DNA of 64,000 nt, from IMG/VR virus record IMGVR_UViG_3300021440_000013, positions 62,001-126,000 of that record. The stretch is one strand, 5' to 3'. Position 1 is the stretch's first letter. Each line of letters starts with the position of its first letter. The position numbers were made by a program, and so were the translations under genes. Positions 1 through 9,909 of this stretch are shown piece after piece. Below the pieces are notes generated by a model that worked only from the letters and a program-made list of their open reading frames with translations, did not search any database and had not been told where the DNA came from.

Positions 1-2
1 TC

Positions 3-3000
3 TATATCAAACCCTCTACCTTCGAGCAGAAGCTTCTCACCGAGCCGTTCATTGAACGCTCTAAGTTCTATGCAGATGACACCAGTGCAGGAGACTATTT
101 TGGTGTCTCCTGCACCTTAAACGCAGAAGGCGACTACGCGATCGTGGGTGCCTGCTATGACGCAGATAAGGGCACTAACGCAGGTGCCTGCTACGCGTTC
201 AAGCGCGTAGGGCACAACTGGGTTCAGAAAGCCAAGTTTTATGGCCTAAATACTAAAGAAGGCGATCTTTTTGGCGTCGCGGTTTCGATGAACTCGGATG
301 CGAACTTCTTGGTTGTTGGTGCACCGGTAGGTAGTACGGAGGGTCGAGTTAATAGCGGCGCGATCTATCTGTTTGATCGTGAAGGTGAGACGTGGCGTCA
401 ACGTGGCTTGCCTTGGGCACATAGTGAAGCCATCGCTAACAACGGCCGGATCTTTGCTCGGTCGGTGGCCGTTAGTGATGATGGTGTTCACCTTCTTATT
501 GCCGCCTCTGCGGCTGATCAGGCTCCTGGTGGTCCGGCGTCAGGACTGGTTTACTATGTAACCTATGACGGTTCTGATTTTACTGAGCGTCAGAAGTTCT
601 GGAGTAGCACCGCAACGCAGAGTGACTACTTTGGCCATGGTCTTTCCATGAGCAAAGATGGTTTGATCGCAATCGTCGGTGCGCCTTATGATGATAATGG
701 TGTCTTGACCGACGACGGCTCAGCCTTTGTCTTTACTCGGAGTGGTTACACTTGGACCCAGGAACAAAAACTGATTGCGCCTGAGGCAGCTTCAGGTATG
801 ACGAGTCTTTGGACTTCCGCGATATCGGGAGACGGCAGCATCATTCTTCTCTCCAGTAATAACAGCGCTGGAATGGGTGCGTTTTATCTTTACAAGCGTG
901 TTCTGAGTACCTACACGCTGGTTAAGAAACTTTACAGCAAGGATGGCCAGGCGGGAGACGCGCTTAGTTTTAGCTTGGCGCTAAACTACGACGGTGCGGT
1001 AGCGCTCTCTGGCGCGGTGGGTGACGACGATCGGGGTTCTTCCGCTGGCGCAGTCTACACATTTGGGACTGGTGATATCGTCGGAGAAGGGTATCGCCTT
1101 TGCAACACGATCTATTGCCCTGAAGATCAGCGTAGCGTGGGCGATAATTTTGCCGCTGGCGTTGCGCTCTCTGGCGACGGCAACTATGCATTAATCGGTC
1201 GAACCTTTGGCAATGCTAAAAACGGCGATTTCTTCGCATTTGAAAGAAGTGGGGTCGACTGGATCAGCAAAGGTAGTTTCACCGCAAACGATCTTTCTAA
1301 CACCGATTTGTTCGGACTGCAGATTTCAATGAGTTTAGACGCTCAGCATGCGGTCATATCGGCGCAAATGCAGAGTGCTTCATCTCAGCCTGAAGTAGGT
1401 TCAATTTACTACTTCACCCGCAGTGGCGACACCTGGATCCAACAACAAAAGATCGTTTGCCCGGATGTAGAAGCCTACGCTAACTTTGGTGCTGGCTTGG
1501 CAATCTCTGGAGACTCTCTTCACCTTTTAGTTGGTGCTGAAAATAAAGACGTTGGAGGAAACACCGTGGCGGGTAAAGTTTACTACTTTACCCGAAGTGG
1601 AAACACCTGGACACTTGCAAGCAGTTTTACTCAACCCACTGGGCCTGTCGAACCGTGGCGTTTTGGCGGCGGTATTGCGCTTAACTACACGGGTGATTAC
1701 GCCATGGTGGGTGGGGTCTTCACATCGCTAACGGGATACGCTTCCGGCGCAGTGAATGTCCTTAACCGCAGTGGAAACACCTGGACCGGAACAGGACTGA
1801 TTGAAAGCCCTGAAAAGAACAGTGAGTCAACTGCGTTTGGTATTGGTATTGCGATAAGCCGCGATCTTAAGATCGCACTCATCGGCGCTTCGATTGCAGA
1901 TGGACTTTATCGTGACGAAGGTGCGGTTTACCTCTATGAGCGTAACGCCATCACCTATAAGTGGGACTTCGTACGCAAAATCGCACGGCCATTCAGGAAT
2001 TTTATCAGCTTTGGTCGAGCAGTGGCGATGAGTGAAAACGTTAACCACGTCCTTGTGTCGGAGCCACGCAGCGGGTATGCTGGCTCTGAAACAGGCGCTT
2101 TCCATTATTTCTCAATGGGACGTGAGAGCGATATCGTGCCGGTCGATGATAACCAACATCGGTTTAGAAGCGCTGTTGTTCCGATTGACGCAGGCCCGCT
2201 TGACCAATTTGGTTACAAAACTGCGATTCATCCCTCAGGTAACTGGATGATCGTAGGTGCGCGTAATAAAGACTTGGGTGGTATCGAAGCCGTTGGGAAA
2301 TATTACAGCTACAGGCGGATCGGTAACAAATGGGTCTATCACAGAAGCCACAATGGTAATTATGATCCCGGTATGGGTATAAATCCAGCGTTTGGTGCGT
2401 CGCTGGCATGGGCTCAGAAAACAGGCGGCTACTATGCCATTGGGGCTCCGAACGATGCGACCTACGGCGCCTCATTGGGCGCAGTCTATCTTTACACGGT
2501 GAGTAATCTCAGTCCGACGACTTTTGATCTTCCGAGCTTCGTCAGGATTGCATCGAATGCTCCGCAAAGCGGAGAGAATTTTGGTGAGGGCGTTGCCTTG
2601 TCGGGCGATGCGGAATACATCGCGGTTGGTGCGCCTTTTTACAGCGGCACTGTGACAAACCAGGGCCGCGTTCAGATCTTTACGCGGGTAGGAAGCGTTG
2701 TTACGCACCAAGCGACGATCGTGGCACCCACGCCTCAGAGCAATCATCGTTTTGGTAACCCCGTCGCAATCAATGGCGCAGGTGATGTACTGGCGGTCTC
2801 CGCTTACCATGACAGCAATGCGATGAATGACGGCGCCTCTCTAGCTGGAGCAGTCTTTATCTATAAGCGCGTGGGTTCTGTGTGGTCCTTCGCTGAGAAG
2901 ATCTTGCCGCCTGAAGTCACCACGGGTTTTGGCATCGGCTTAGCCTATGCCGAAAACAGAAAGCTTCTTCTGGTGAGTGCCTTTAAGCCAGGTCAGGTGG

Positions 3001-5393
3001 ATGCGTCGGTTTATCAGTATGACCTGAGTGGCAGTAACGCCGTTTATCAACGAAAAGCACTCACGGTCAAAGCGGGCATCAGTGACGTAGATGGCCAATA
3101 CCCACCCAGCCTCTCAACGGATGCATGGGGGCGCTGGATCGCCGCAGGCTGCTTTTATAAGGATCTCAGTGGCGTGGACAGTGGTGAAGTCCGGATGTTT
3201 AGCACCATGGATTTTAACTTCCAGACTGAGCCATATCTACTCATGGGTAATGAGAAGAAAGCGCTTCAGTTGAAAAAGATCCTGCCGCCTGTTTTGAACG
3301 CAAGCTTTAACTTCGGCGACCCGGTCAAAATCAGTGGTGATGATAATTACCTCGCGGTCTCTGAGCACTATGCGGCCGTTGCTGGCGTTACCAACGCTGG
3401 ACGTGTTCGTATTTTCACCAAAAACACCGAAGGTAACTGGGTACTTCAAACCACACTTGAAAACCCACTCCCGGTGGCAAACGATTACTTCGGAACCGGG
3501 CTTTCGTTTAATGAAGATGCCACTTACCTCATCGTGGGTGCGTATCGTGCAGACACGACAGCGGCCGATGCAGGCATCCTTTACACCTACACGCGTAGTG
3601 GAACCGTTTGGACCCGTGGTGCTTCGATCAATATCCCGGAAGCCGTCAGTGGTAATGAGTTCGGTATTTCGACTGCTCTTTCCACCAATCAACTCTATTT
3701 GGCTGTAGGTGCTCAAGTAGCTGGCGGGATTGTGGCGGGCTCTGGTGCGGTCTATTTGTTCTCAAGATCCAATACCGCGAGTGCGTGGACTTATCTCTAC
3801 AAGCTCTGGCCGTCCGATGGTGCATTGAACGACGGCTTTGGTCGGTCAGTTTCCTTTAGTGAGGACGGTTCACGGATGGTGGTGACCGCCTATGTCGATT
3901 CGGGCGCAGTTAACTACGTCGGCTCGGTCTATATCTACAAACGACCCGATTTGTCGCTCGACAACTGGATCTTGCAAGCGAAGATCTACGCACCTGAAGG
4001 CATCACGGATGATCGCTTTGGTATTTCGGCAAGTATCTCTGCCGATGGCGCGATCCTTGCGGTAGGTGCTTCTGCGCGAGACGATCGTGGTATGAACTCC
4101 GGGTGTGTCTACATCTATACGTGCCGTGGTAACGATTGGAAATATCGGTTCAAGATCTACCCCGATGATCCGATCGCAGGTCAAAGCTTTGGCATTTCGG
4201 TATGCTTTAGTAAATACGCCAACCACCTTTACGTGGGTGCCCAGTCGGACCCTCAGGCAGGTGCAAACGGCGGCGCGGTCTACGACTTCCTGATCAACAC
4301 GTCTGCCCAGGAAGTTAAGTACGGTTCACGCCTGGTGCCTGCCTACCGGTTCTCTGATCCGGTGCTTGCAAGCGGAGATGAGTTCTGCGGTGGGTCAGCG
4401 ATCAGTGAAGACGGTACGATGATGCTGGTGGGTTATCGTAAGGACGTCAGCACAGGCAATAAGGGTTACGTGTGGTTTTATAAACGTGACCAAGGTAAGA
4501 ACAACTTCCCGACCGCACCGACGGCGATCTTCGGCGCGCCTGACGGCGCCGCAAGCGATGGTTTTGGTGAACATATTGCTACCGATTCCACTTTGACACA
4601 CATTCTGGTCTGCGCCACAGGTGCGCCACTTGGAGGTGTTGAGCGAGGGAAAGTCTATTACTTCACACGCTCGGGTGATACGTTCACATTTGTGCAATCA
4701 ATCACCTCTCCTGTTCCGACCGACAGTGAACGATTTGCAGCGATAGTCGCTATGAACGATGCGGGTGACATAGCGTTGATTGGTAACTACAACTCTACGC
4801 CAGCGATCACCGGAGGTACGGCACGCGGTTCTGTTCATGTCATGACACGTAGTGGTTCAACCTGGACCCAGCAGCAAGTCATTCTTGCCCCCGATAAGGC
4901 GGACGGAGATAACTTTGGAACTCACATCGCAGTTAATAGCGATGCCACCCAGATCCTGATCACGGCCCGCTTTGATGATGACAGTGGAGCAGACACCGGC
5001 TCCGTTTATTACTACACACGGAGTGGTTCGGTCTACACGTTTGTAAACAAGGTCTACGATCCGATTCCTCAAACGGATACGCGCTGGGGTGGTGCTTTGT
5101 CACTCAACAGCGATGGGACGATTGCTACCATTGGTAACAGCAAGCGCGTTATAAACGGTTCCGTCTCGGGCGTGATCAACCGCTATAAACGCACCGGTTC
5201 GGTCTGGAAGCGCTATGAAGAAGTAGAAGGCGTTATCCCGACCAACGTCTGGGCTATTTTTGATCTCAACGTTTACGTGAGTAGAAATCAGAACTTCATG
5301 ATCGTTCCTGATAATGCTGGTGTATCGGGGCGCAACGGCGGACACACCCTTTACGCTAACCCAACCGTTAACCCTGAGTTCTTCTATAAGTAA
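3..5393 (+). CDS. Giant FG-GAP (integrin-alpha beta-propeller) repeat protein, probable tail fibre/adhesin; 5'-truncated by window edge
   Basis: Frame is open from position 3; dozens of 'D.FG.S(V/L)A(L/I)S.DG....VGA......GAVY.F.R.G..W' repeats in blocks separated by linkers; followed by a tail-fibre-assembly-like gene. Confidence 0.85.
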   Translation, partial: YIKPSTFEQKLLTEPFIERSKFYADDTSAGDYFGVSCTLNAEGDYAIVGACYDADKGTNAGACYAFKRVGHNWVQKAKFYGLNTKEGDLFGVAVSMNSDANFLVVGAPVGSTEGRVNSGAIYLFDREGETWRQRGLPWAHSEAIANNGRIFARSVAVSDDGVHLLIAASAADQAPGGPASGLVYYVTYDGSDFTERQKFWSSTATQSDYFGHGLSMSKDGLIAIVGAPYDDNGVLTDDGSAFVFTRSGYTWTQEQKLIAPEAASGMTSLWTSAISGDGSIILLSSNNSAGMGAFYLYKRVLSTYTLVKKLYSKDGQAGDALSFSLALNYDGAVALSGAVGDDDRGSSAGAVYTFGTGDIVGEGYRLCNTIYCPEDQRSVGDNFAAGVALSGDGNYALIGRTFGNAKNGDFFAFERSGVDWISKGSFTANDLSNTDLFGLQISMSLDAQHAVISAQMQSASSQPEVGSIYYFTRSGDTWIQQQKIVCPDVEAYANFGAGLAISGDSLHLLVGAENKDVGGNTVAGKVYYFTRSGNTWTLASSFTQPTGPVEPWRFGGGIALNYTGDYAMVGGVFTSLTGYASGAVNVLNRSGNTWTGTGLIESPEKNSESTAFGIGIAISRDLKIALIGASIADGLYRDEGAVYLYERNAITYKWDFVRKIARPFRNFISFGRAVAMSENVNHVLVSEPRSGYAGSETGAFHYFSMGRESDIVPVDDNQHRFRSAVVPIDAGPLDQFGYKTAIHPSGNWMIVGARNKDLGGIEAVGKYYSYRRIGNKWVYHRSHNGNYDPGMGINPAFGASLAWAQKTGGYYAIGAPNDATYGASLGAVYLYTVSNLSPTTFDLPSFVRIASNAPQSGENFGEGVALSGDAEYIAVGAPFYSGTVTNQGRVQIFTRVGSVVTHQATIVAPTPQSNHRFGNPVAINGAGDVLAVSAYHDSNAMNDGASLAGAVFIYKRVGSVWSFAEKILPPEVTTGFGIGLAYAENRKLLLVSAFKPGQVDASVYQYDLSGSNAVYQRKALTVKAGISDVDGQYPPSLSTDAWGRWIAAGCFYKDLSGVDSGEVRMFSTMDFNFQTEPYLLMGNEKKALQLKKILPPVLNASFNFGDPVKISGDDNYLAVSEHYAAVAGVTNAGRVRIFTKNTEGNWVLQTTLENPLPVANDYFGTGLSFNEDATYLIVGAYRADTTAADAGILYTYTRSGTVWTRGASINIPEAVSGNEFGISTALSTNQLYLAVGAQVAGGIVAGSGAVYLFSRSNTASAWTYLYKLWPSDGALNDGFGRSVSFSEDGSRMVVTAYVDSGAVNYVGSVYIYKRPDLSLDNWILQAKIYAPEGITDDRFGISASISADGAILAVGASARDDRGMNSGCVYIYTCRGNDWKYRFKIYPDDPIAGQSFGISVCFSKYANHLYVGAQSDPQAGANGGAVYDFLINTSAQEVKYGSRLVPAYRFSDPVLASGDEFCGGSAISEDGTMMLVGYRKDVSTGNKGYVWFYKRDQGKNNFPTAPTAIFGAPDGAASDGFGEHIATDSTLTHILVCATGAPLGGVERGKVYYFTRSGDTFTFVQSITSPVPTDSERFAAIVAMNDAGDIALIGNYNSTPAITGGTARGSVHVMTRSGSTWTQQQVILAPDKADGDNFGTHIAVNSDATQILITARFDDDSGADTGSVYYYTRSGSVYTFVNKVYDPIPQTDTRWGGALSLNSDGTIATIGNSKRVINGSVSGVINRYKRTGSVWKRYEEVEGVIPTNVWAIFDLNVYVSRNQNFMIVPDNAGVSGRNGGHTLYANPTVNPEFFYK

Positions 5394-5420
5394 TTTGAAG
5401 ATCTTCTGGTAAACCTTTTA

Positions 5421-5457
5421 AGACTGGGGAGACCTCAAAGCCTCCCCAGTCTTTTTT
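5421..5457 (+). terminator. Intrinsic terminator
   Basis: agactggggag...ctccccagtct hairpin plus T-run; similar hairpins follow most genes in the window. Confidence 0.8.
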
Positions 5458-5487
5458 AACTTAAAATAGCTTTGGAGAATCTTTAAG

Positions 5488-6096
5488 ATGACTAATCTCG
5501 GAAATCCCCAAGACGTCTTTGCTCGTGTCGAAAACGGCCAGATCGTTGAATACCCGGTCTACCGTCTTCACATCGAAAACCGCTCACATCCGGTTGAGTG
5601 GTACACTCCGGTCGTCGAAGTGAATAAACCCGAAGTACCGGAGTTTCATTACCTGACCCCGACACTGACGCTTAAAGACGGTGTCGTTAATGTCACCTAC
5701 AGCGTTAAAGCTTTCGATCTTTCGCAACTACTGGCGCGTGTCAATAGCAGCGTGATGGATCTGCCGGGTAAATCAGAAGTCTTCATCAGCCAGATCGATC
5801 CCAAGCTGGCTGACCGGATCGTCAATCTGACCACCAACTACGCGGAAGGTAAACTCGAAGCGTTTATCGCCACACGCGGTTACGACAGCCTGAACAACCT
5901 TCTGTCGCGTTACAAAGACTCGAGCGTTGCCAAGTTTAAACTCGAGGCCAATCATGTCCAGGGTCTTCTTGATGCGCTGTGGAGCCGTCTCTTGGCTTAC
6001 TACGGTGAAATCAACACTGGCGTTAAACCCATCCCAATGAGTCTTAGCGAAATCGATGCAGTGATCGGTGAGTTCACCTGGGGTGATTTGGCGTAA
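5488..6096 (+). CDS. Tail fibre assembly-like protein (DUF4376-like)
   Basis: 'FARVENGQIVEYPV' N-terminus and 'ATRGYDS...W' C-terminal domain; paralog of 20063-20668; GGAG RBS. Confidence 0.55.
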   Translation: MTNLGNPQDVFARVENGQIVEYPVYRLHIENRSHPVEWYTPVVEVNKPEVPEFHYLTPTLTLKDGVVNVTYSVKAFDLSQLLARVNSSVMDLPGKSEVFISQIDPKLADRIVNLTTNYAEGKLEAFIATRGYDSLNNLLSRYKDSSVAKFKLEANHVQGLLDALWSRLLAYYGEINTGVKPIPMSLSEIDAVIGEFTWGDLA

Positions 6097-6172
6097 TGTT
6101 TTAAAGAGATCCAATGACCGAGGGACTTAACGGTCCCTCGGCTTTTATCACTTTTCTTTTAAGAGGTATGAC

Positions 6173-6490
6173 ATGCGCTTTCGCCACGTTTACATGATCG
6201 GTTTCACCTTTTTGACGTTCTTGATGCTCTTTGTAACGAGCCCTGATGTGGGTATCATCGACAGCTTGCCGATGGGAGCGGGTTTTATTGCAACGGTGGT
6301 CTTGATGCTCCGTGCGGTGATCTATGTTGCGATCCTGCACTTCTCTCGTAAGGCGCTCTTCGACTATCTTGACATGGAAGCGCTTCATGAGAAAGCCAAG
6401 ACCGAACCGATGGCTGCCGCCGTTGCGATGGTTGCGATGGCGATCGCGATGATCGCCATCGCGATGCTTATCGTCGCTGCTGTAGGTTAA
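6173..6490 (+). CDS. Holin-like membrane protein
   Basis: 105 aa with about three hydrophobic segments, directly upstream of a muralytic enzyme. Confidence 0.55.
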   Translation: MRFRHVYMIGFTFLTFLMLFVTSPDVGIIDSLPMGAGFIATVVLMLRAVIYVAILHFSRKALFDYLDMEALHEKAKTEPMAAAVAMVAMAIAMIAIAMLIVAAVG

Positions 6491-6510
6491 ATCAAAAAGG
6501 AGAAAAGACT

Positions 6511-7251
6511 ATGACACGGACCCTTCAGTGTGTGCTGGGGGTCCTGTTCTATGCTTTTTGTATGCTAAGCATGGCGCAGGACGTTAAAACTTATATCCCC
6601 GAGAAGGCCTACCCACTGCTTCCGATCTTTTATAAAGAAGCGGGTAGGCTCATGCCCTATATTCCAACGCCGGCGTATTTTGGTGCTTTGGGTGAACAGG
6701 AGAGCTGTCTTTCACTTAAACACAGTCGGTGTTTCTCGCCAACTTCACAACTTTTAACACCACGGGAACAAGGTCTTGGGATTTTCCAGTTGACTAGGGC
6801 TTTCAAAACCGATGGAAGCACGCGCTTTGATGCACTTAGTGACATGCGTAAAAACTATGCCACTGAGCTCTCGGAGCTCTCATGGACTAACTTAAAGAGT
6901 CGACCGGATCTACAAATCCGAACAGCTGTCTTGATGGTACGAGAAAGCTATCAGCGCTTAGCAGGCGTTAAAGACCCTATGGCGCGCCTTCAGATGGCCG
7001 ACGCAGCCTATAACGGCGGGATCGGGGGCACACTCAAGGAAAGAACTGCGTGCGGCTTAGCGGCTAACTGTGACCCCTCTAAATGGTTTCATAATGTCGA
7101 GCTGTATTGCCTAAAAAGTAAAAAGCCGCTTTATGGGAATCGCTCCGCATGCATGATCAATCGTGAACACCCAGAGCTCATTTTTAATCACCGTCTTCCC
7201 AAGTACCAGCGGCACTATGAAGACTTTATAAAACGAGGTGTTAGAACATGA
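6511..7251 (+). CDS. Lytic transglycosylase (SLT-like) endolysin with N-terminal signal/anchor
   Basis: QESC (catalytic Glu), GLGIFQL and AAYNGG motifs; hydrophobic N-terminus. Confidence 0.7.
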   Translation: MTRTLQCVLGVLFYAFCMLSMAQDVKTYIPEKAYPLLPIFYKEAGRLMPYIPTPAYFGALGEQESCLSLKHSRCFSPTSQLLTPREQGLGIFQLTRAFKTDGSTRFDALSDMRKNYATELSELSWTNLKSRPDLQIRTAVLMVRESYQRLAGVKDPMARLQMADAAYNGGIGGTLKERTACGLAANCDPSKWFHNVELYCLKSKKPLYGNRSACMINREHPELIFNHRLPKYQRHYEDFIKRGVRT

Positions 7252-8063
7252 ATTCGTCCTTAGAGGCGTACCAGCTTCTTGAAAAGCTGGCCGCCAAACC
7301 GATCGACAGCACTTCGTTTCCAACTCACTTTAATGTCGTGATGCGTTTAAAGAACGCCATGAGTGATCCTGACGTGCCTTTTAAGAAAGTCATCGATATT
7401 CTTAGGGGTGAGGTGGTCGTGAGCGCCAAGATCATAAAGACTGCCAACGCGGCAGTCTATCACGGCTATGGCGAAATTAAAGATATCGAAAAGGCCGTCA
7501 TGCGTCTAGGCTTGCAGGCGGTTAGACGCATCTCTTTGGGCATAGCGATGGCGCAGCTCTCCCACTCTAAAGAGATGCTCCACTACACAGCGCTAAGTCG
7601 TTTAATCTGGCTGCATTCGATCTATACGGCCTCCGCGGGTTATGTCTTAGCCCGCGAGTTTACCAAAGTGCATCCTGACGAAGCGTTCTTCACCGGCTTT
7701 GTGGTTAATCTAGGTGCGTTTTACCTGCTTTATAAAGCATCGAGTCATCCTGAACTCAGAGGAGTGGAAGACGATTTAAAGAGCGCAGTGATCACGCATC
7801 ACTTGGCGCTGAGTAGAAAACTTCTTATTCATCTTGAAATGCCGGGCTCGATGGTTGAGGCACTCTACATCGGAGAAGAGGACCATCTTCTTCCCAGTAA
7901 GCCGGTGACTTTACGTGATATCACCCATACGGCCAATAGACTGGCGACGGCGAAGTATAGCTGGTATGAAGAGCGTGAAGAATGTGCTTTTTCAGAAGAA
8001 GTCAAAGCGCTCGAACCGTTGATCAGTGAACATTTTAAAAACACGTTAGCAGAGTTTCGATAA
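7248..8063 (+). CDS. HDOD domain protein
   Basis: 'SAKIIKTANAAVY...IKDIEKAVMRLGL...IWLHS...DEAFFTG' matches the HDOD pattern. Confidence 0.8.
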   Translation: MNSSLEAYQLLEKLAAKPIDSTSFPTHFNVVMRLKNAMSDPDVPFKKVIDILRGEVVVSAKIIKTANAAVYHGYGEIKDIEKAVMRLGLQAVRRISLGIAMAQLSHSKEMLHYTALSRLIWLHSIYTASAGYVLAREFTKVHPDEAFFTGFVVNLGAFYLLYKASSHPELRGVEDDLKSAVITHHLALSRKLLIHLEMPGSMVEALYIGEEDHLLPSKPVTLRDITHTANRLATAKYSWYEEREECAFSEEVKALEPLISEHFKNTLAEFR

Positions 8064-8126
8064 AGTAAAAAAGGACAGACTGGCCGCAAAGCCAGTCTGT
8101 CCTGTTCTTAAAAAAGTTGAGCCATC

Positions 8127-8141
8127 TACATATTACTTGAC
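8127..8141 (+). promoter_or_regulatory. Putative early (virion RNAP) promoter motif
   Basis: tacatattacttgac; same motif family at ~11302, 15998, 24249, 25050, 26168, 37797, 39038, 39749, 41441, 45909, 54194, 59229; resembles the phiKZ early consensus TATATTAC. Confidence 0.6.
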
Positions 8142-8168
8142 ATTGCCTAACAAAGAAAGGTTTTCAGT

Positions 8169-8441
8169 ATGTCCAATAGTCTGTTTAAAAGGTTCTTTGG
8201 CACGGTGGAAGAATCGCAAGCTCATCAACACACCGATCCGCCGTGTAAGACGTACTACATCTCAACCCATAAGGGGTTTGTGCAGGATGCTGTACGTGCC
8301 CATGAAAAGTGGACGCACTGGCATTTTACTCACGATCCACGCATGGCCACGGCCTTTGGCTCCTTTGAAGAAGCTGACACCTATATGAAGGAGTACGGCT
8401 ATACGCTTCATTATGCGATTTTTGTTCCGGCGTTTAAATAA
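8169..8441 (+). CDS. Hypothetical protein
   Basis: ORF behind promoter motif and RBS. Confidence 0.6.
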   Translation: MSNSLFKRFFGTVEESQAHQHTDPPCKTYYISTHKGFVQDAVRAHEKWTHWHFTHDPRMATAFGSFEEADTYMKEYGYTLHYAIFVPAFK

Positions 8442-8530
8442 GGGGCGTTATGAAAAGAGTCTCCTTAAGGCATTCTAAAGCTGGGGCTTTCCCAGCGATT
8501 AACAAACCACTATTCTAAAGGAATTGAGCC

Positions 8531-9850
8531 ATGGCTCTACCGACCGTATTTAATGACACCAGCTCCACCCAGCGCAACTTTGTTCGCTCGCTCGTTAGGG
8601 GCGCATACGCACTCCAGCAACTGCGCATCCAAGCAGGAAACCGCATCGTCACCAACTATAAAGTCAAGCTCGGGATAGAGCCTGGCAAGGCAGAGAAAGA
8701 CACCAAGATCGCCGCAGAGATCCTCGATGAGTTGCGGAAAAACTACGCCCTTATCACAGACGGGATCGCGGACGAGATCGCTGCTGGAGAAGTGCTCGAG
8801 GATGAGGACGAGGACGAGGACGAAGAAGAGGACGACACAGAAAGCCCGCAAACAAAAACCCGTATTGGGAGGCTTCCGACACCTAAAAAGTTTAAGGAAC
8901 AAGGCCTCATCACAAACTACACCGAACTGATATTGGTCAACCAATACTTCGTCATGTGTAGTGCCGAGGAGCGTGAGTTCTCAAGATTGAAAAAACTGCT
9001 TGAGATGATCCCTATTTACAAGAACTTCCTCAAGAAGATCAGAGGTATGGGTCCCGCGATGGGTGGGGTGATTGTGAGTGAGATCGATATCCACTTGTCG
9101 GAGTATCCGTCGTCGATCCATGCTTACGCTGGACTCGACACGACGATCATCGGCTACTACGTCGATAAAAAGGGTGAAGAACAGACCGTTCGTGGGGACG
9201 AAGTTGCCAAGTTCTACGAAGATGGCGATCTGGATAAGGTTATGACCGTCAATGGTTTTGAAGTGAAGTACCGTTCGGTTGGTCGTTCCCGCAAAGGACC
9301 GTGTCTCGTAAAGCGCGAATACGTCTCAAAAGACGGGAAGCTCAATGTTCGCGACTCCATCACGTTTAACCCGTTTCTTAAAACCAAGCTCGTAGGTGTG
9401 TTGGCGGGAAGCTTTTTGAAACAATCCAGCACTTTTGTTGACGGAAAGAAAATGGGTGTGGGAAAGCGCACCGCATTGGCTAAGCAACTTGGTTGGAAAA
9501 TGGATTCGAAAAGTGAACTCACTTCCACTAAGCAGGTTGACGCGTTTCTTTCGCGTCAAGGTTATGAGCTTGAGTTTGTGATGGGTGAATGGGCGGAGTA
9601 TTACTACAACTACAAGCACCGTATTAGCAACATGCCTGAGCATGCCGAGAAGACTGAACTGCATCGGCACAACATGGCGGTGCGCTTTATGATCAAGCGC
9701 TTCCTTGTTGAGCTTTATAAGGTTTGGCGTGCAATGGAGGGTTTGCCTGTCGCTGAAGAATACAGCGTTGCTAAGCTTGGCATGGCGCATGGTAAGGCCA
9801 AGGGTCGCCCTGATGCACAAGGTCTTCAAAAGCTCGTTAAACGCGCCTAA
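8531..9850 (+). CDS. Nop/IS110-fold RNA-binding protein without RuvC/HNH domain (TasA-like)
   Basis: N-terminal coiled coil 'LQQLRIQAGNRI', HhH 'IRGMGPAMGGVIVSEI', 'SSIHAYAGLD', 'FNPFLKTKL', 'HNMAVRFMIKRFLVELYKVWR' as in the IS110/Transposase_20 C-terminal domain; no DEDD domain; adjacent dual-repeat array. Confidence 0.8.
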   Translation: MALPTVFNDTSSTQRNFVRSLVRGAYALQQLRIQAGNRIVTNYKVKLGIEPGKAEKDTKIAAEILDELRKNYALITDGIADEIAAGEVLEDEDEDEDEEEDDTESPQTKTRIGRLPTPKKFKEQGLITNYTELILVNQYFVMCSAEEREFSRLKKLLEMIPIYKNFLKKIRGMGPAMGGVIVSEIDIHLSEYPSSIHAYAGLDTTIIGYYVDKKGEEQTVRGDEVAKFYEDGDLDKVMTVNGFEVKYRSVGRSRKGPCLVKREYVSKDGKLNVRDSITFNPFLKTKLVGVLAGSFLKQSSTFVDGKKMGVGKRTALAKQLGWKMDSKSELTSTKQVDAFLSRQGYELEFVMGEWAEYYYNYKHRISNMPEHAEKTELHRHNMAVRFMIKRFLVELYKVWRAMEGLPVAEEYSVAKLGMAHGKAKGRPDAQGLQKLVKRA

Positions 9851-9909
9851 GTAACATCAGTGTTTTTAAGGGAGGGGTGTTAAGCCCCCTCCCTTATCAA
9901 GTACAGACT

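Noticed and set aside
8531-9850. Active IS110 transposase/recombinase
   Set aside because: No N-terminal DEDD RuvC domain; adjacent to a dual-repeat array rather than element ends
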